DNA from: a virus
Lineage: Duplodnaviria; Caudoviricetes
Virus record (IMG/VR): IMGVR_UViG_3300048011_000824
Span: 1-63,955 of that record
Length of the DNA: 63,955 nt
Direction: 5' to 3' (one strand)
The notes under the pieces were generated by a model. It saw nothing but the letters and a program-made list of their open reading frames with translations, did no database searches and was not told the origin of the DNA. This document shows, one piece after another, positions 1 through 10,006 of the stretch (the first letter of the stretch is position 1; every line of letters starts with the position of its first letter). The translations under genes were made by a program, and so were the position numbers.

Positions 1-2
1 GT

Positions 3-476
3 TTGGCCAATCAAGGACAAGGCTTTATTTACGAAATGAGCTTCGGTAATGGCGGAACAAGTGTTGACCCAACAGGTATTATTACGTATCTAACACCAAA
101 CAGCACAGGCACAAATGCCAGCTTGTATAATCAAACATTTACAAAAGTAGTTGATGAATTGAGTGTTAACAACGTAGATCCAACAAGAAACAAAACAGAA
201 ATACGTCACGTAAGTGGCACAAACTACACTGACATTCTTGTTAGATGTTTGTTGGACTACGGCGAACCTGACGGACAGGATGCATTTGATACAGCAAGCA
301 ACACCGATGGAATTTTTGTGTTTGATGAACTTGGATTAAGAAGTTATTCTAATGCAGGAGAAGGCAGACTTATCACACATGTTATCTTCCATCCTGTGCA
401 AAAATCACTAAACAGACTTGTTCAAATTGATTATACTGTGAGAATCCAAAGTTTGAGTGGAATAAATGAGGGATAA
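3..476 (+). CDS. Phage virion structural (baseplate/tail-associated) protein, 5'-truncated by window edge
   Basis: The frame is open from the window start. It lies directly upstream of tail-fibre genes, and its C-terminus (FDELGL...FHPVQKSLNRLVQIDYTVRI) resembles large-phage baseplate/tail proteins. Confidence 0.6.
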   Translation: MANQGQGFIYEMSFGNGGTSVDPTGIITYLTPNSTGTNASLYNQTFTKVVDELSVNNVDPTRNKTEIRHVSGTNYTDILVRCLLDYGEPDGQDAFDTASNTDGIFVFDELGLRSYSNAGEGRLITHVIFHPVQKSLNRLVQIDYTVRIQSLSGINEG

Positions 477-478
477 CA

Positions 479-2515
479 ATGGCTGATTATAATGTAAAAT
501 TTACTGACTTGGTTAACAAAGGTACAGTAAGCGTCGAAGAAAATAGTGTAAACGTAGACGATACCAGTCTGCAATTACCTGGACAAAATTTGCCCAACTA
601 CGGCGCAATTGTTAATGAAAACTTTTTGCACTTGTTGGAAAATTTTGCAAATAATGTAGCACCTAGTAACCCAGTTGAAGGACAACTTTGGTACGACACA
701 ACAACTGGTGTTGATCAGCTGAAAGTTTATGACGGAACCAACTGGATTGCAGCAGGTGGAATCAAAAAAGCAATTTCAGAACCAGAGGCAGCCGTTAGTA
801 TCATCGGCGACTTGTGGGTAGACACAACAAATCAACAAGTGTATTTGTACAGCGGCAGCGGCTGGATTTTGGTAGGACCAGACTACAGCGAAGGCGCAAG
901 TACAGGTTCGAAAATTGAAAGCATTGAAGCCACAGACAACAATCTTTACACAGTACTTGTAAACTTTGTAAATGGCGAAATTATTGCTATATATTCTAGT
1001 GTTGAATTTACTCCAAAGGCAAAACAAGCAGGATTTCCTACTGCTTATACAATCAAGCCTGGTGTTAACCTTGCTACACAAAGTGTATTTGCAGGACAAA
1101 AAGCCAAGTATTACGGAACTGCTGAAAAAGCAGAATCGCTAATTAATGCTGCTGGCACAGAAACTATAGAATACACAGACATTGCACGTTTGAGTAAAGC
1201 AAACGACTTTCGTAAAAAGACTCGTATTAAAACAGATCAAGGACTAACAGTTGGCGAAAATGACTTGTTACAACTTAGTGTTAGTGGCAGTACAGCATTA
1301 ATTCGCCAGTTATCGCCAGATGGAAATATTGACATTAAAGTCAACGACAACGGCATTAACTCAACTGCTATTCGAGTTACTCCACAAGGCAGAGTGGGTA
1401 TTAAAAACGAAGCTCCTACTGAAGAATTAGATGTAACAGGAAATATTAGATCATCGGGTAAAGTATTTGTTGACAGTACAATAAACAGTATTTCTAGCAG
1501 CGATGGAGCACTAACAGTTGCAGGCGGCATAGGTGTAGCAAGAGATGTCAATATCGGTGGTTTGCTAAATGTTGCAGGCGATGTTACAGCACAAGAAATT
1601 TTACCAGAAACAACCAACACACACAACATCGGTACTAGTGCATTAAAATACAACAACGTGTATGCAAATACATTTAGAGGAAATTTAGTTGGCAGCGTTA
1701 CAGGTAACGTTAGTGGCACATCTACATCAACTGGCAAATTAGCAAGTCCTACTACATTCCAATTTAATACAAACGGCGATGTAGTCGAAACACAAGCAAA
1801 TCCAGTGGTGTTTGACGGACAAATTGGCGGCACAACCAAACAATGGACGCTAGGAATTAATCCAGCGTTTGTAAGTACAAAGCCAGAAATTACAATTGTA
1901 AACACCGAAGCAGACGAGTTTCTAGTAAACAGATCCGGCGTCTTGTATAAAATAAAGCATGAAACACTTGTAAGTACAGTGCCAACATTCCAAAAAGGAA
2001 TGTTAATGCCGTTTGCTGGTACAGTTAGCCCCGCAGGCTGGGTGTTCTGTCATGGGCAGGAACTGCCACGAGGCGGCGAGTACGAACCGCTGTATGATAT
2101 TATCGGAGACTTGTATGGTGTTCCTTCCAATGCAGACGTTTTCAAAGTGCCTGATTTTAGAGGAAGAATGTTGGCAGGACATGTTGCTGATGCAACAAGT
2201 GGCAACCGTATACTAGATGACACTGCTACAGAAGTAGTAGGGCGCACAGGCGGTGCAGAGTCAACTGCAATTACAGTTGATAATTTACCAGATCACTCTC
2301 ATAGTTTAGAAGGCGACAACGGCGAGCAGTACTATGCAACCACTGGTGTTACAGGCGGTACTGACACTGGCGCAGTATCAACAAGTATTACAGGAACTGC
2401 ACCAGGCACAAGTTTAACAAGAACTGGCACAGTAGTTGATCAAGTCGGTGATCCATTCCATCATGTTCCACCGTTTGTTACAGTTGAATATATTATATAC
2501 ACAGGAGTTGTTTAA
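479..2515 (+). CDS. Tail fibre/baseplate protein with C-terminal phage tail-collar domain
   Basis: 678 aa and G/T/S/N-rich. The tail-collar motif GMLMPFAG..SPAGWVFCHGQ...LYDIIG..YG...FKVPDFRGR is present. The N-terminal NENFLxLLExF..P..GQLWYD module is shared with the next two genes. Confidence 0.85.
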   Translation: MADYNVKFTDLVNKGTVSVEENSVNVDDTSLQLPGQNLPNYGAIVNENFLHLLENFANNVAPSNPVEGQLWYDTTTGVDQLKVYDGTNWIAAGGIKKAISEPEAAVSIIGDLWVDTTNQQVYLYSGSGWILVGPDYSEGASTGSKIESIEATDNNLYTVLVNFVNGEIIAIYSSVEFTPKAKQAGFPTAYTIKPGVNLATQSVFAGQKAKYYGTAEKAESLINAAGTETIEYTDIARLSKANDFRKKTRIKTDQGLTVGENDLLQLSVSGSTALIRQLSPDGNIDIKVNDNGINSTAIRVTPQGRVGIKNEAPTEELDVTGNIRSSGKVFVDSTINSISSSDGALTVAGGIGVARDVNIGGLLNVAGDVTAQEILPETTNTHNIGTSALKYNNVYANTFRGNLVGSVTGNVSGTSTSTGKLASPTTFQFNTNGDVVETQANPVVFDGQIGGTTKQWTLGINPAFVSTKPEITIVNTEADEFLVNRSGVLYKIKHETLVSTVPTFQKGMLMPFAGTVSPAGWVFCHGQELPRGGEYEPLYDIIGDLYGVPSNADVFKVPDFRGRMLAGHVADATSGNRILDDTATEVVGRTGGAESTAITVDNLPDHSHSLEGDNGEQYYATTGVTGGTDTGAVSTSITGTAPGTSLTRTGTVVDQVGDPFHHVPPFVTVEYIIYTGVV

Positions 2516-4386
2516 TGAGTTATAGAATTAATAATACTAATGGAGACTTGTTAGTAGAATTACTTGACGGTAAAAAAGACATTGATACAACTGATTTAAC
2601 TCTTGTAGGAAGAAACTACACAGGTTACGGTGAAGATTTTAACGAAAACTTTATAAAGTTATTGGAAAACTTTTCAAATGTTAGTGCGCCAAACAATCCG
2701 ATTAGAGGACAACTTTGGTATGATACGTCAGAAGGCAGATTAAAAGTATATGATGGCGAGATATTTAAAAGCACAGATACAACAACATTTTCAAGTATTG
2801 AGCCAACATTAACCGAAGGCGATATTTGGATTGACAGTAGAAACAAACAAATGTATTTTAGTGACGGTGTTGCTAAATTCTTAGTAGGTCCTAACTATAC
2901 TAGAACACAAGGCCAAACTGGCACTGATGCTATTACACTACTTGACAACTTTGGTGCTGCAAAAACAGTGGCTAGACTTAGTGTCGCCGGCGTTCCTGTT
3001 GCAATTATTGCAAGAGAAGAATTTATTGCTGCAAACATTGATGAAAATATTCAATATTTAGATGGTGCTAACTTTACATTTAGTTTAAACATCAAACAAG
3101 GATTTAATTTAAACACAGACACTAGTGTATTCAATTGGCACGGAACTGCACAAACAGCACTCAATCTTGTTGACAACAGTAATAATCCGTTTTCGCCTAG
3201 TGACTTTATTCAAGTTTCTCCTAGTTTGCCAAATGACACTCCGCAAATTACCAATCATTATTTCCAAGTTAGAAATGACAGAGGTATTGTAATCGGCGAC
3301 AGTAACGATTTAAAAATCTATGTTGATAGTTCGGATAGCATGGTGTTACATGCACAGCGCAACAATCAAGATATAAAAATACAAACAACTGACAACGATA
3401 ATCCTGTAGATGTAATCACAATAGATGCAACAAACCAGCGTATGGGGTTGTTTAATGGCAATCCTACCACTGATATTCATATTGGATCACTTACTGATAG
3501 AAAAGATGTAAGAATTTCTGGAAATTTAATTGTAGACGGAGATACAACCAGTTTAGATGTTGCAACTCTGCGTGTTGAAGATATTAATATCGAACTAGGT
3601 ATCACAGAAGATAGTACACTGCTACCAGAAACAGCAGTTGACGGCGGCGGCATACTGCTTAGAGCCAGCGGCTTTGAAAAAACATTAGTGTGGAACTTAT
3701 CGAGCAATGCATGGAAAAGCAATGTTAATTTTGACATAGATGCAGGACGAACATATAAAATCGGCGGCGTAGATATATTAAGTACCACACAGTTAGCAGA
3801 CAGTGTAACACAAGCAACCGGACTGATTGAAATTGGGTCGTTGAATTATTTAAACGTTGACAATTTTAGTTTCAACGGCGGTACACTAACTGTTGCAAGT
3901 GACCTTATAATGAACATAAACGGTGATTTGCAAATTGATGTTGATCCTTCAAATAGTACAACTAAGATTTTAGGTCTAAGCGATCCGTCAGACCCAAATG
4001 ACGCTGCAAATAAAAATTATGTTGACAAACAGCGAGAGTTTGAAGATGTTTGGCTTTCGTTGGATATAACAGGAATCAACGATGCACAGATTGCACAGAT
4101 CATCAACGATCTAGTTCCGAGTTCGACAAAACGAGTAGGAGTGAGTGCAAGAGTACATTGTACACAGTATGCAGGCACTGTTGAATATAATGCAGGAGAC
4201 AGTTTGAGCAAAAGTACAGTAAATGTCGATAAAAACGGTGTCGAAAACCAGCCAGTGCTGGCAGATGTTAGTTTCAACGACACAACCGAAACATTGGCTC
4301 TTACAGTAACTAGGTCACTAAAACGATTTGAAGTCAACGGCGTACAGGAGTGGGAATGGGCAGAGGATCTCCTATCTAGCGTTTAA
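2515..4386 (+). CDS. Tail fibre-like virion protein
   Basis: 623 aa with the same N-terminal module (LTLVGRNYTGYGEDFNENFIKLLENF...GQLWYD). It carries the DPxDPNDAANKNYVD fibre motif and is coupled to the upstream gene by a TAATG overlap. Confidence 0.75.
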   Translation: MSYRINNTNGDLLVELLDGKKDIDTTDLTLVGRNYTGYGEDFNENFIKLLENFSNVSAPNNPIRGQLWYDTSEGRLKVYDGEIFKSTDTTTFSSIEPTLTEGDIWIDSRNKQMYFSDGVAKFLVGPNYTRTQGQTGTDAITLLDNFGAAKTVARLSVAGVPVAIIAREEFIAANIDENIQYLDGANFTFSLNIKQGFNLNTDTSVFNWHGTAQTALNLVDNSNNPFSPSDFIQVSPSLPNDTPQITNHYFQVRNDRGIVIGDSNDLKIYVDSSDSMVLHAQRNNQDIKIQTTDNDNPVDVITIDATNQRMGLFNGNPTTDIHIGSLTDRKDVRISGNLIVDGDTTSLDVATLRVEDINIELGITEDSTLLPETAVDGGGILLRASGFEKTLVWNLSSNAWKSNVNFDIDAGRTYKIGGVDILSTTQLADSVTQATGLIEIGSLNYLNVDNFSFNGGTLTVASDLIMNINGDLQIDVDPSNSTTKILGLSDPSDPNDAANKNYVDKQREFEDVWLSLDITGINDAQIAQIINDLVPSSTKRVGVSARVHCTQYAGTVEYNAGDSLSKSTVNVDKNGVENQPVLADVSFNDTTETLALTVTRSLKRFEVNGVQEWEWAEDLLSSV

Positions 4387-4390
4387 CAGG

Positions 4391-4396
4391 TAAATA
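4391..4396 (+). promoter_or_regulatory. T4-late-like promoter core TAAATA
   Basis: TAAATA lies in the 34-bp gap before the ATG at 4421. The same motif recurs at most operon starts. Confidence 0.45.
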
Positions 4397-4420
4397 TTAC
4401 TACAGCAAGGGTAAAAATAA

Positions 4421-5923
4421 ATGGCATATACTATTAACAAATTCAGCGGAATTCCTTTTATAACAGTAGAAGACGGTACCGCAGATACAACTACAGATTT
4501 AACACTGGTAGGTAAAAACTATACAGGATACGGTGAAATTCAAAATGAAAACTTTTTGTTTTTACTTGAAAGTTTCGCAGGCGAAACAGAACCGACCAGA
4601 GGTATAACCGGACAAGTATGGTACGACTCACTAAGTGAAAAGATTAGAGTATATGACGGTACAGTTTGGAAAGCCACAGGCGGCGCTGAAGTATCTGCTA
4701 CTACACCGGCAGGACTTGCTGAAGGCGATGGATGGTGGGATACCAGTTCTAGTCAGTTTAAAGTTCTTGATTCAAACGGTGAATGGATACTAGTTGGCCC
4801 GCAACGTGCCGGATCAGGTACCACCCAAATGCTTAGTGTTGAGCTTGCTGAAAACGGAACTGGGACACTTTTTGCTTGTATTGCTAGTTATGTCGGAGAC
4901 CAAATTGTTGCTATTGTAAGCAAAGAAGAATTTGCTCCAGCTTCGACTCAAAGTATAGATGGATGGGTTGCTAGTGATTTTCCTCTAATCAAAAGTGGAT
5001 TCACTGTTAGAGGTGTTGATGCAGACGGTAAATCTGACACTGATAATACCGGAGAAATAAATGTATATTGGGGAACGGCAGGTTCTGCATATAAATTAAC
5101 TGATGGTACCACAACATATGATCCAAGTGATTTCATTCAAGCTGGCAGTCAGTTAAATCTATTAAACTCACTTACTAAATTTGGTGACGATGGATTTACA
5201 TTGGGCCTTGACGACGATATTGTTTTTGATGTAAAAAATGGAAACCAGCCTACGATAAAATTAGTAGGCAACTACCTTGCTATTAGAGATAGTTTAAATG
5301 CAGATGCATTCCAAATTACAAACAATACTATTAGGCCATCAGTCGACAATACAAAAACATTAGGAACAGCAAGTTTTAAATTCAACAACATTCATGCAAC
5401 TACATTTACAGGCACTGCAACGCAAGCTGATACAGTAAAAGAAACCAACAGTGGACAATACAGAACTGCAACAACCAGTAGTACTGCTAATACTGTTGCA
5501 GTTAGAGATTCAAATGCAGATTTGTTTGCAAGATTGTTCAGCGGTACTGCTACACAAGCACGGTATGCTGACTTAGCTGAAAAATATAGTACAGCAGAAG
5601 AACTAGCACCCGGTACAGTTGTTACAGTATGCTCACATGAAGATCATGAAGTAGAAGCAGCAAGTATAGGTACAATGGCAATCGGCGTTGTATCAACAGA
5701 TCCAGCCGTAATGATGAATAGTGAAGCAGAAGGACAGTACATTGGCCTAAAAGGTCGTTTACCAGTTCGTATAATTGGCGCAGTTAAAAAAGGTCAAGCA
5801 GTATATGTCGACGATAACGGTTGTGCAAGTACAGCAATCAACGGCGGAAGCATAGTTGGTGTTGCACTTGAGACAAATATGTCGGAAGAAGAAAAGCTAG
5901 TTGAGTGTGTTTTAAAAGTATAA
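4421..5923 (+). CDS. Tail fibre protein with C-terminal intramolecular-chaperone/peptidase G2-like domain
   Basis: 500 aa with the shared N-terminal module. The C-terminus ARYADLAEKY...PGTVV...IGVVST.PA..MN...IGLKGRLPVRIIGAVKKG is typical of autocleaved fibre chaperones. Confidence 0.75.
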   Translation: MAYTINKFSGIPFITVEDGTADTTTDLTLVGKNYTGYGEIQNENFLFLLESFAGETEPTRGITGQVWYDSLSEKIRVYDGTVWKATGGAEVSATTPAGLAEGDGWWDTSSSQFKVLDSNGEWILVGPQRAGSGTTQMLSVELAENGTGTLFACIASYVGDQIVAIVSKEEFAPASTQSIDGWVASDFPLIKSGFTVRGVDADGKSDTDNTGEINVYWGTAGSAYKLTDGTTTYDPSDFIQAGSQLNLLNSLTKFGDDGFTLGLDDDIVFDVKNGNQPTIKLVGNYLAIRDSLNADAFQITNNTIRPSVDNTKTLGTASFKFNNIHATTFTGTATQADTVKETNSGQYRTATTSSTANTVAVRDSNADLFARLFSGTATQARYADLAEKYSTAEELAPGTVVTVCSHEDHEVEAASIGTMAIGVVSTDPAVMMNSEAEGQYIGLKGRLPVRIIGAVKKGQAVYVDDNGCASTAINGGSIVGVALETNMSEEEKLVECVLKV

Positions 5924-5926
5924 ATA
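5919..5926 (+). promoter_or_regulatory. T4-type late promoter TATAAATA
   Basis: An exact TATAAATA overlaps the upstream stop codon and is followed by an AGGAG RBS and the ATG at 5949. Confidence 0.6.
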
Positions 5927-5948
5927 CACGCATATAATAGGAGACGAC

Positions 5949-6839
5949 ATGGCCGTAGGTGAAATTATTACCGCAGCAAGATATAACTTGATGCAAGCAA
6001 AAGTAAATTCTGTACTAGGAAATGGCACAGATGACTACGGATACGGCCAATCCTTATCAAGCAGTCAAGTACAAAAAGTAACAAATGTTGTACGTGCTAG
6101 TCATATGCAAAAATTAAAAACTGACATTAACAATGCAACTGTGCATCAAACAAACATTGCAACTACAATACCAAATGTTGCCAATGATGACGACATAACA
6201 GATGCAGTTTATGCACAATACGAAGCTGCATCAAATACAATTTTTGCAAATCACTTGGCATTTGATGTTAACCAAGTAACTGCACCAGAATCAAAAATTT
6301 CCAGCAGAAGAACACAAGCATGGGGCGGCGGCGGCGATCCGCAAACTGTACGCCACGAGTTTAAAGTAACTTTTAACAGTGCAGATCATGTACGTCACTT
6401 TTTCAACAGCGGCGGCGAAATACGAGTTCGTGGTACATTAACTGGAGGAACTGGTGCAAAATACACAGAGTGGGTATCTATGCTAGGAGCATTAGGCGTT
6501 GTAACAATGAACTACAACACAACTACTGCTGGAAGCGGCACTTCATTCTCCATAGGTGCATACGATTTAACAACTTCGTATCAAACACTTTGGACCAAAG
6601 CAGGCAGCGGTGTATACAGCGACAACTTGATTACAATCAAAGCAAAAAAATCAAGCAATACAATTACTATGCTGTTTGAATTTTTTGATGGCGAAGCACT
6701 TCCTGGAGGCGGCGGCACTGCAGGCGTTGATGAAAGGGTCAACGGAACACTTACTAGTATTGTTGAACAGCAACGAGCAACTGGTAATTTTGTAGAAGTT
6801 CCTACCCCTGTTTACAGCACTACTGTTGAATTAGGTTGA
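5949..6839 (+). CDS. Putative virion structural protein (paralog of 6888-7937)
   Basis: 296 aa and S/T/G-rich, with an AGGAG RBS. It shares FFNxGGxI, WxxxLxAxGxV and LTxSYxxLxTKxGSGxYxDN with the next gene. Confidence 0.65.
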   Translation: MAVGEIITAARYNLMQAKVNSVLGNGTDDYGYGQSLSSSQVQKVTNVVRASHMQKLKTDINNATVHQTNIATTIPNVANDDDITDAVYAQYEAASNTIFANHLAFDVNQVTAPESKISSRRTQAWGGGGDPQTVRHEFKVTFNSADHVRHFFNSGGEIRVRGTLTGGTGAKYTEWVSMLGALGVVTMNYNTTTAGSGTSFSIGAYDLTTSYQTLWTKAGSGVYSDNLITIKAKKSSNTITMLFEFFDGEALPGGGGTAGVDERVNGTLTSIVEQQRATGNFVEVPTPVYSTTVELG

Positions 6840-6864
6840 CATGAAAGATTATCTAATATATAAT
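6836..6864 (+). promoter_or_regulatory. Consensus sigma70 promoter
   Basis: TTGACA (6836-6841), 17-nt spacer, TATAAT (6859-6864), followed by a GGAG RBS and the ATG at 6888. Confidence 0.8.
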
Positions 6865-6887
6865 AGTTTCAATACTGGAGATATCTT

Positions 6888-7937
6888 ATGGTAACTAGCA
6901 ACGATAAAATTCAAAATGAAGATTATAATCAACTAAGATCTAACACTAGTGCAATCTATGTTTCACAATGGGGACAAACCATGCGTTCTGTTGATGTAAT
7001 CGGAGGTAGTACTCCTGGAGTTAGTGATACTGTAGAGTCTTCTCAAATGGATTTAATCTTTAAAGACATTCAATCGGTGCATGTACACCAAACTGGATCA
7101 ATAAATGCAGCACTAGCAGTGCCTGCTGTTGGGTATACCGTTGCCGCAGATACCGCACAAGGTTACAATCAGTCTACAGGCGCCAAGATAGCTGTATCAG
7201 GCGGTGCAGCTATGGGCCACAATGATTATATTGGTGCAGTTACAACTATCAGCAACTACAACCCTACTCATTTGAGCTATCCGTCCGGTAACTTCTCGCC
7301 AAGTAGTGCTAGAAGTAGTACACGAACTCCAACATGGGGTATAGGAACTACAGATCAACCAACAGCAATATACCATATTGTTACAGTTGCTTTTGCAAGT
7401 GCAACTGCTAAAAATTATTTTTTTAATGCAGGCGGACAAATTGCATTTAGTGCAGCAGCTACAAATATCGGCACTGGCGAAAGTCAGCTTAAAAACCAAG
7501 ATTGGGCAGATTTACTTTCAGCAATGGGCACAGTGTATTTTGACAAACACAGCACCAGTGCGTCATCAGGCACAAGCAACAGCCGCGGCTCCGACGATTT
7601 AACAGCCAGCTACTTGAATCTATTCACAAAAACCGGCAGCGGAAACTACAATGACAATTACTGGCAATTACAAGCCCGTAATGAAAGTAGTAGTACAATA
7701 CGTTTTAGAATAATTATTTCAGACAGTGACACAGGAACAGGAAACATTGGTGGACCAGGAACCGAAACTCCGATTGACGAACCGGTAACAGCTGATATTA
7801 CCAGCAATGTGCTATCTAGACGTCCTGACAGCAGTTATGTGTACAACAGCGTAACATACACTGCCTGCGATTTACCACATCCTACAATCACAAATCAAGT
7901 GTTGCTAACAGCAAACAACGCTACTGCACCTGCATAA
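6888..7937 (+). CDS. Putative virion structural protein (paralog of 5949-6839)
   Basis: 349 aa and S/T/G/A-rich, sharing conserved blocks with 5949-6839. Confidence 0.65.
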   Translation: MVTSNDKIQNEDYNQLRSNTSAIYVSQWGQTMRSVDVIGGSTPGVSDTVESSQMDLIFKDIQSVHVHQTGSINAALAVPAVGYTVAADTAQGYNQSTGAKIAVSGGAAMGHNDYIGAVTTISNYNPTHLSYPSGNFSPSSARSSTRTPTWGIGTTDQPTAIYHIVTVAFASATAKNYFFNAGGQIAFSAAATNIGTGESQLKNQDWADLLSAMGTVYFDKHSTSASSGTSNSRGSDDLTASYLNLFTKTGSGNYNDNYWQLQARNESSSTIRFRIIISDSDTGTGNIGGPGTETPIDEPVTADITSNVLSRRPDSSYVYNSVTYTACDLPHPTITNQVLLTANNATAPA

Positions 7938-7942
7938 ACTTC

Positions 7943-7971
7943 TTGACATTTTTATAATAGTTCTGTATACT
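7943..7971 (+). promoter_or_regulatory. Near-consensus sigma70 promoter
   Basis: TTGACA (7943-7948), 17-nt spacer, TATACT (7966-7971), followed by AAGGAG and the ATG at 7992. Confidence 0.75.
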
Positions 7972-7991
7972 ATTACAAAAGGAGTCTCTAT

Positions 7992-8339
7992 ATGGATGAT
8001 AAACTAAAAGCAGCGTTGGATTTCAGTAATTATATGATTACGCTAGACAATCAAAAACGTGTGCTAAAAGAGCAGTATCAAAACAATTTAATTCATTATT
8101 TTGGCGGCGGCAGATTTACTGCAACACAAGGGCTTGTGAGCTTTGTACAAAGTTTGTTGCAACTAGAACAAACGTCTACAGTATTAGTAGACGACAACGA
8201 TATTCCTATTGCGGTTGATGATTTGCAAAAGTTTGCCAGTGATTTGGTTAGTGTGTACTTCGAAGCAACAAACACATACATGACAGAGTACAACAAATTA
8301 AAAGTCAATAGATCAGTTGAAGGTATATTCAATGACTAA
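7992..8339 (+). CDS. Hypothetical protein
   Basis: 115 aa with a strong RBS; first gene of the GT/rSAM operon. Confidence 0.75.
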   Translation: MDDKLKAALDFSNYMITLDNQKRVLKEQYQNNLIHYFGGGRFTATQGLVSFVQSLLQLEQTSTVLVDDNDIPIAVDDLQKFASDLVSVYFEATNTYMTEYNKLKVNRSVEGIFND

Positions 8340-9168
8340 AGGCGTTTTGGTTATTGCCAGAAACAACAGTAAGATTGATTATGTAAAGCAATCAAATTGG
8401 CTTGCTAAACGCATAAGCAAGTATTTAAACTTGCCCACAAGTATTATCACAGATAATGCAGCATATGTCAACAAGCATTATCCAAACACGTTTGATCAGG
8501 TAATTGAAATACCCAACGAAGAAAACTACACTCACAAAAGCTACAAAGATGGCATGTATGCTAGAACAAATCTAGAATTTAAAAACACAGCAAGATGTGA
8601 TGTATACGAGTTAACACCTTACAATGAAACACTGCTGATGGACACAGACGTAGCAATTTCGAACAATATACTAGCAAACTGTTTTGATGAAAACAATGAT
8701 GTAATGCTGTACAAAGATGCAGTAGAGTTATCCAACTGGAGAGACCTTTCGGAGTTTGAATATGTAAGCCCAAACAGCATTGACTTTTACTGGGCTACTG
8801 TGGTATTCTTTAGGAAGTCTCCTGTTGCAAAAACATTGTTTGATTGTGTTAAGCATGTGCAACAAAACTGGCAGCACTATAGAAATCTCTATCAAATAAC
8901 CAATCCTGTATTTAGAAATGATTTTGCATTTAGTATTGCAGTGCATATTATGAACGGAAACAAAAAAGGAAACTTTATCAAACAACTTCCTGGAACACTG
9001 TATTACATAACAGATAGAGATTTATTAATAGAAGAAACTGACGGAGTGTTTAAATTTTTAGTAGAAAAGAAAGATTCAACTGGTTATTTTCCAGTAAAAA
9101 TCACAGGAGAAAATGTGCACATTATCAATAAATTTAGTTTAGGAAGATACATTGATGAACAATCTTAA
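8332..9168 (+). CDS. Glycosyltransferase-like protein (GT-A fold, GT8-like)
   Basis: Likely start is the ATG at 8332 (MTKGVLVIA). It contains the YELTPYNETLLMDTD DxD motif and is a paralog of the next gene. Confidence 0.65.
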   Translation: MTKGVLVIARNNSKIDYVKQSNWLAKRISKYLNLPTSIITDNAAYVNKHYPNTFDQVIEIPNEENYTHKSYKDGMYARTNLEFKNTARCDVYELTPYNETLLMDTDVAISNNILANCFDENNDVMLYKDAVELSNWRDLSEFEYVSPNSIDFYWATVVFFRKSPVAKTLFDCVKHVQQNWQHYRNLYQITNPVFRNDFAFSIAVHIMNGNKKGNFIKQLPGTLYYITDRDLLIEETDGVFKFLVEKKDSTGYFPVKITGENVHIINKFSLGRYIDEQS

Positions 9169-10006
9169 CTTTACTATATTTGCACAAAACAGCAACTTTG
9201 ATTATATACAGCAAGCATGCCTTGCTGCAATGAGCATACATTATACAAATCCTGGCAGTAATGTTTGTCTCATTACAAATGATGTTGTTCCAAAAAAATA
9301 CCAACATCTGTTTGAGCATGTGGTGCCTATTCCTTTTGGAGACAAAAGCAAAAAAAGCACATGGAAAGTAGAAAACCGTTGGAAAATTTATCATGCAACT
9401 CCTTATGAAGAAACAGCCGTAATTGACAGTGACATGCTGGTGTTGGACAATTTGCAACACTGGAAAACTACTTTAGACAATTATGATTTATATTATACAA
9501 ACAAAGTACAAACATATCGAGGCGAATGGGCCGACAATACATACTACAGAAAAAGTTTTAGAAATCATCAATTGCCTAATCTGTATGCAGGGTTCCATTG
9601 GTTCAAGCGTTGTGAGTTTAGTCACAATTTTTACAAATGGCTTGAACTAGTAATGAACAACTGGGAATTGTTTTATGGACAATTTGCCGGAGGTAAGTAT
9701 TTTCAAAACTTTCCTAGCATAGATGTTAGTAGTGCAATTGTAACAAAAATACTTCAGTGTGAAGACAAAATTACCAGCAACACTACCTATCCAACATTTA
9801 CTCATATGAAACTAAAATGCCAAGGCTGGGATAAAATATATGTGGACAGCTGGCAGCAACAAATTGGCACATACTTGGACAATGATTGTAATTTAAAGAT
9901 TGGCAACTTTAAACAAAGCGGTGTTTTTCATTATACAGAAAAAAGTTTTTGCAATCAGCAAATTATTCAAACATATGAAAACAAGCTAGGAATTTCCAAT
10001 GAGTGA
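9155..10006 (+). CDS. Glycosyltransferase-like protein (GT-A fold, GT8-like)
   Basis: Contains YHATPYEETAVIDSD (DxD), an N-terminal Y...A..A.SI helix, and the FTHMK and FHY motifs. Confidence 0.65.
   Translation: MNNLNFTIFAQNSNFDYIQQACLAAMSIHYTNPGSNVCLITNDVVPKKYQHLFEHVVPIPFGDKSKKSTWKVENRWKIYHATPYEETAVIDSDMLVLDNLQHWKTTLDNYDLYYTNKVQTYRGEWADNTYYRKSFRNHQLPNLYAGFHWFKRCEFSHNFYKWLELVMNNWELFYGQFAGGKYFQNFPSIDVSSAIVTKILQCEDKITSNTTYPTFTHMKLKCQGWDKIYVDSWQQQIGTYLDNDCNLKIGNFKQSGVFHYTEKSFCNQQIIQTYENKLGISNE

Noticed and set aside
5933-5938. TATAAT upstream of 5949 as a sigma70 -10 element
   Set aside because: There is no convincing -35 at 16-18 nt, and the exact TATAAATA late motif explains the site better.
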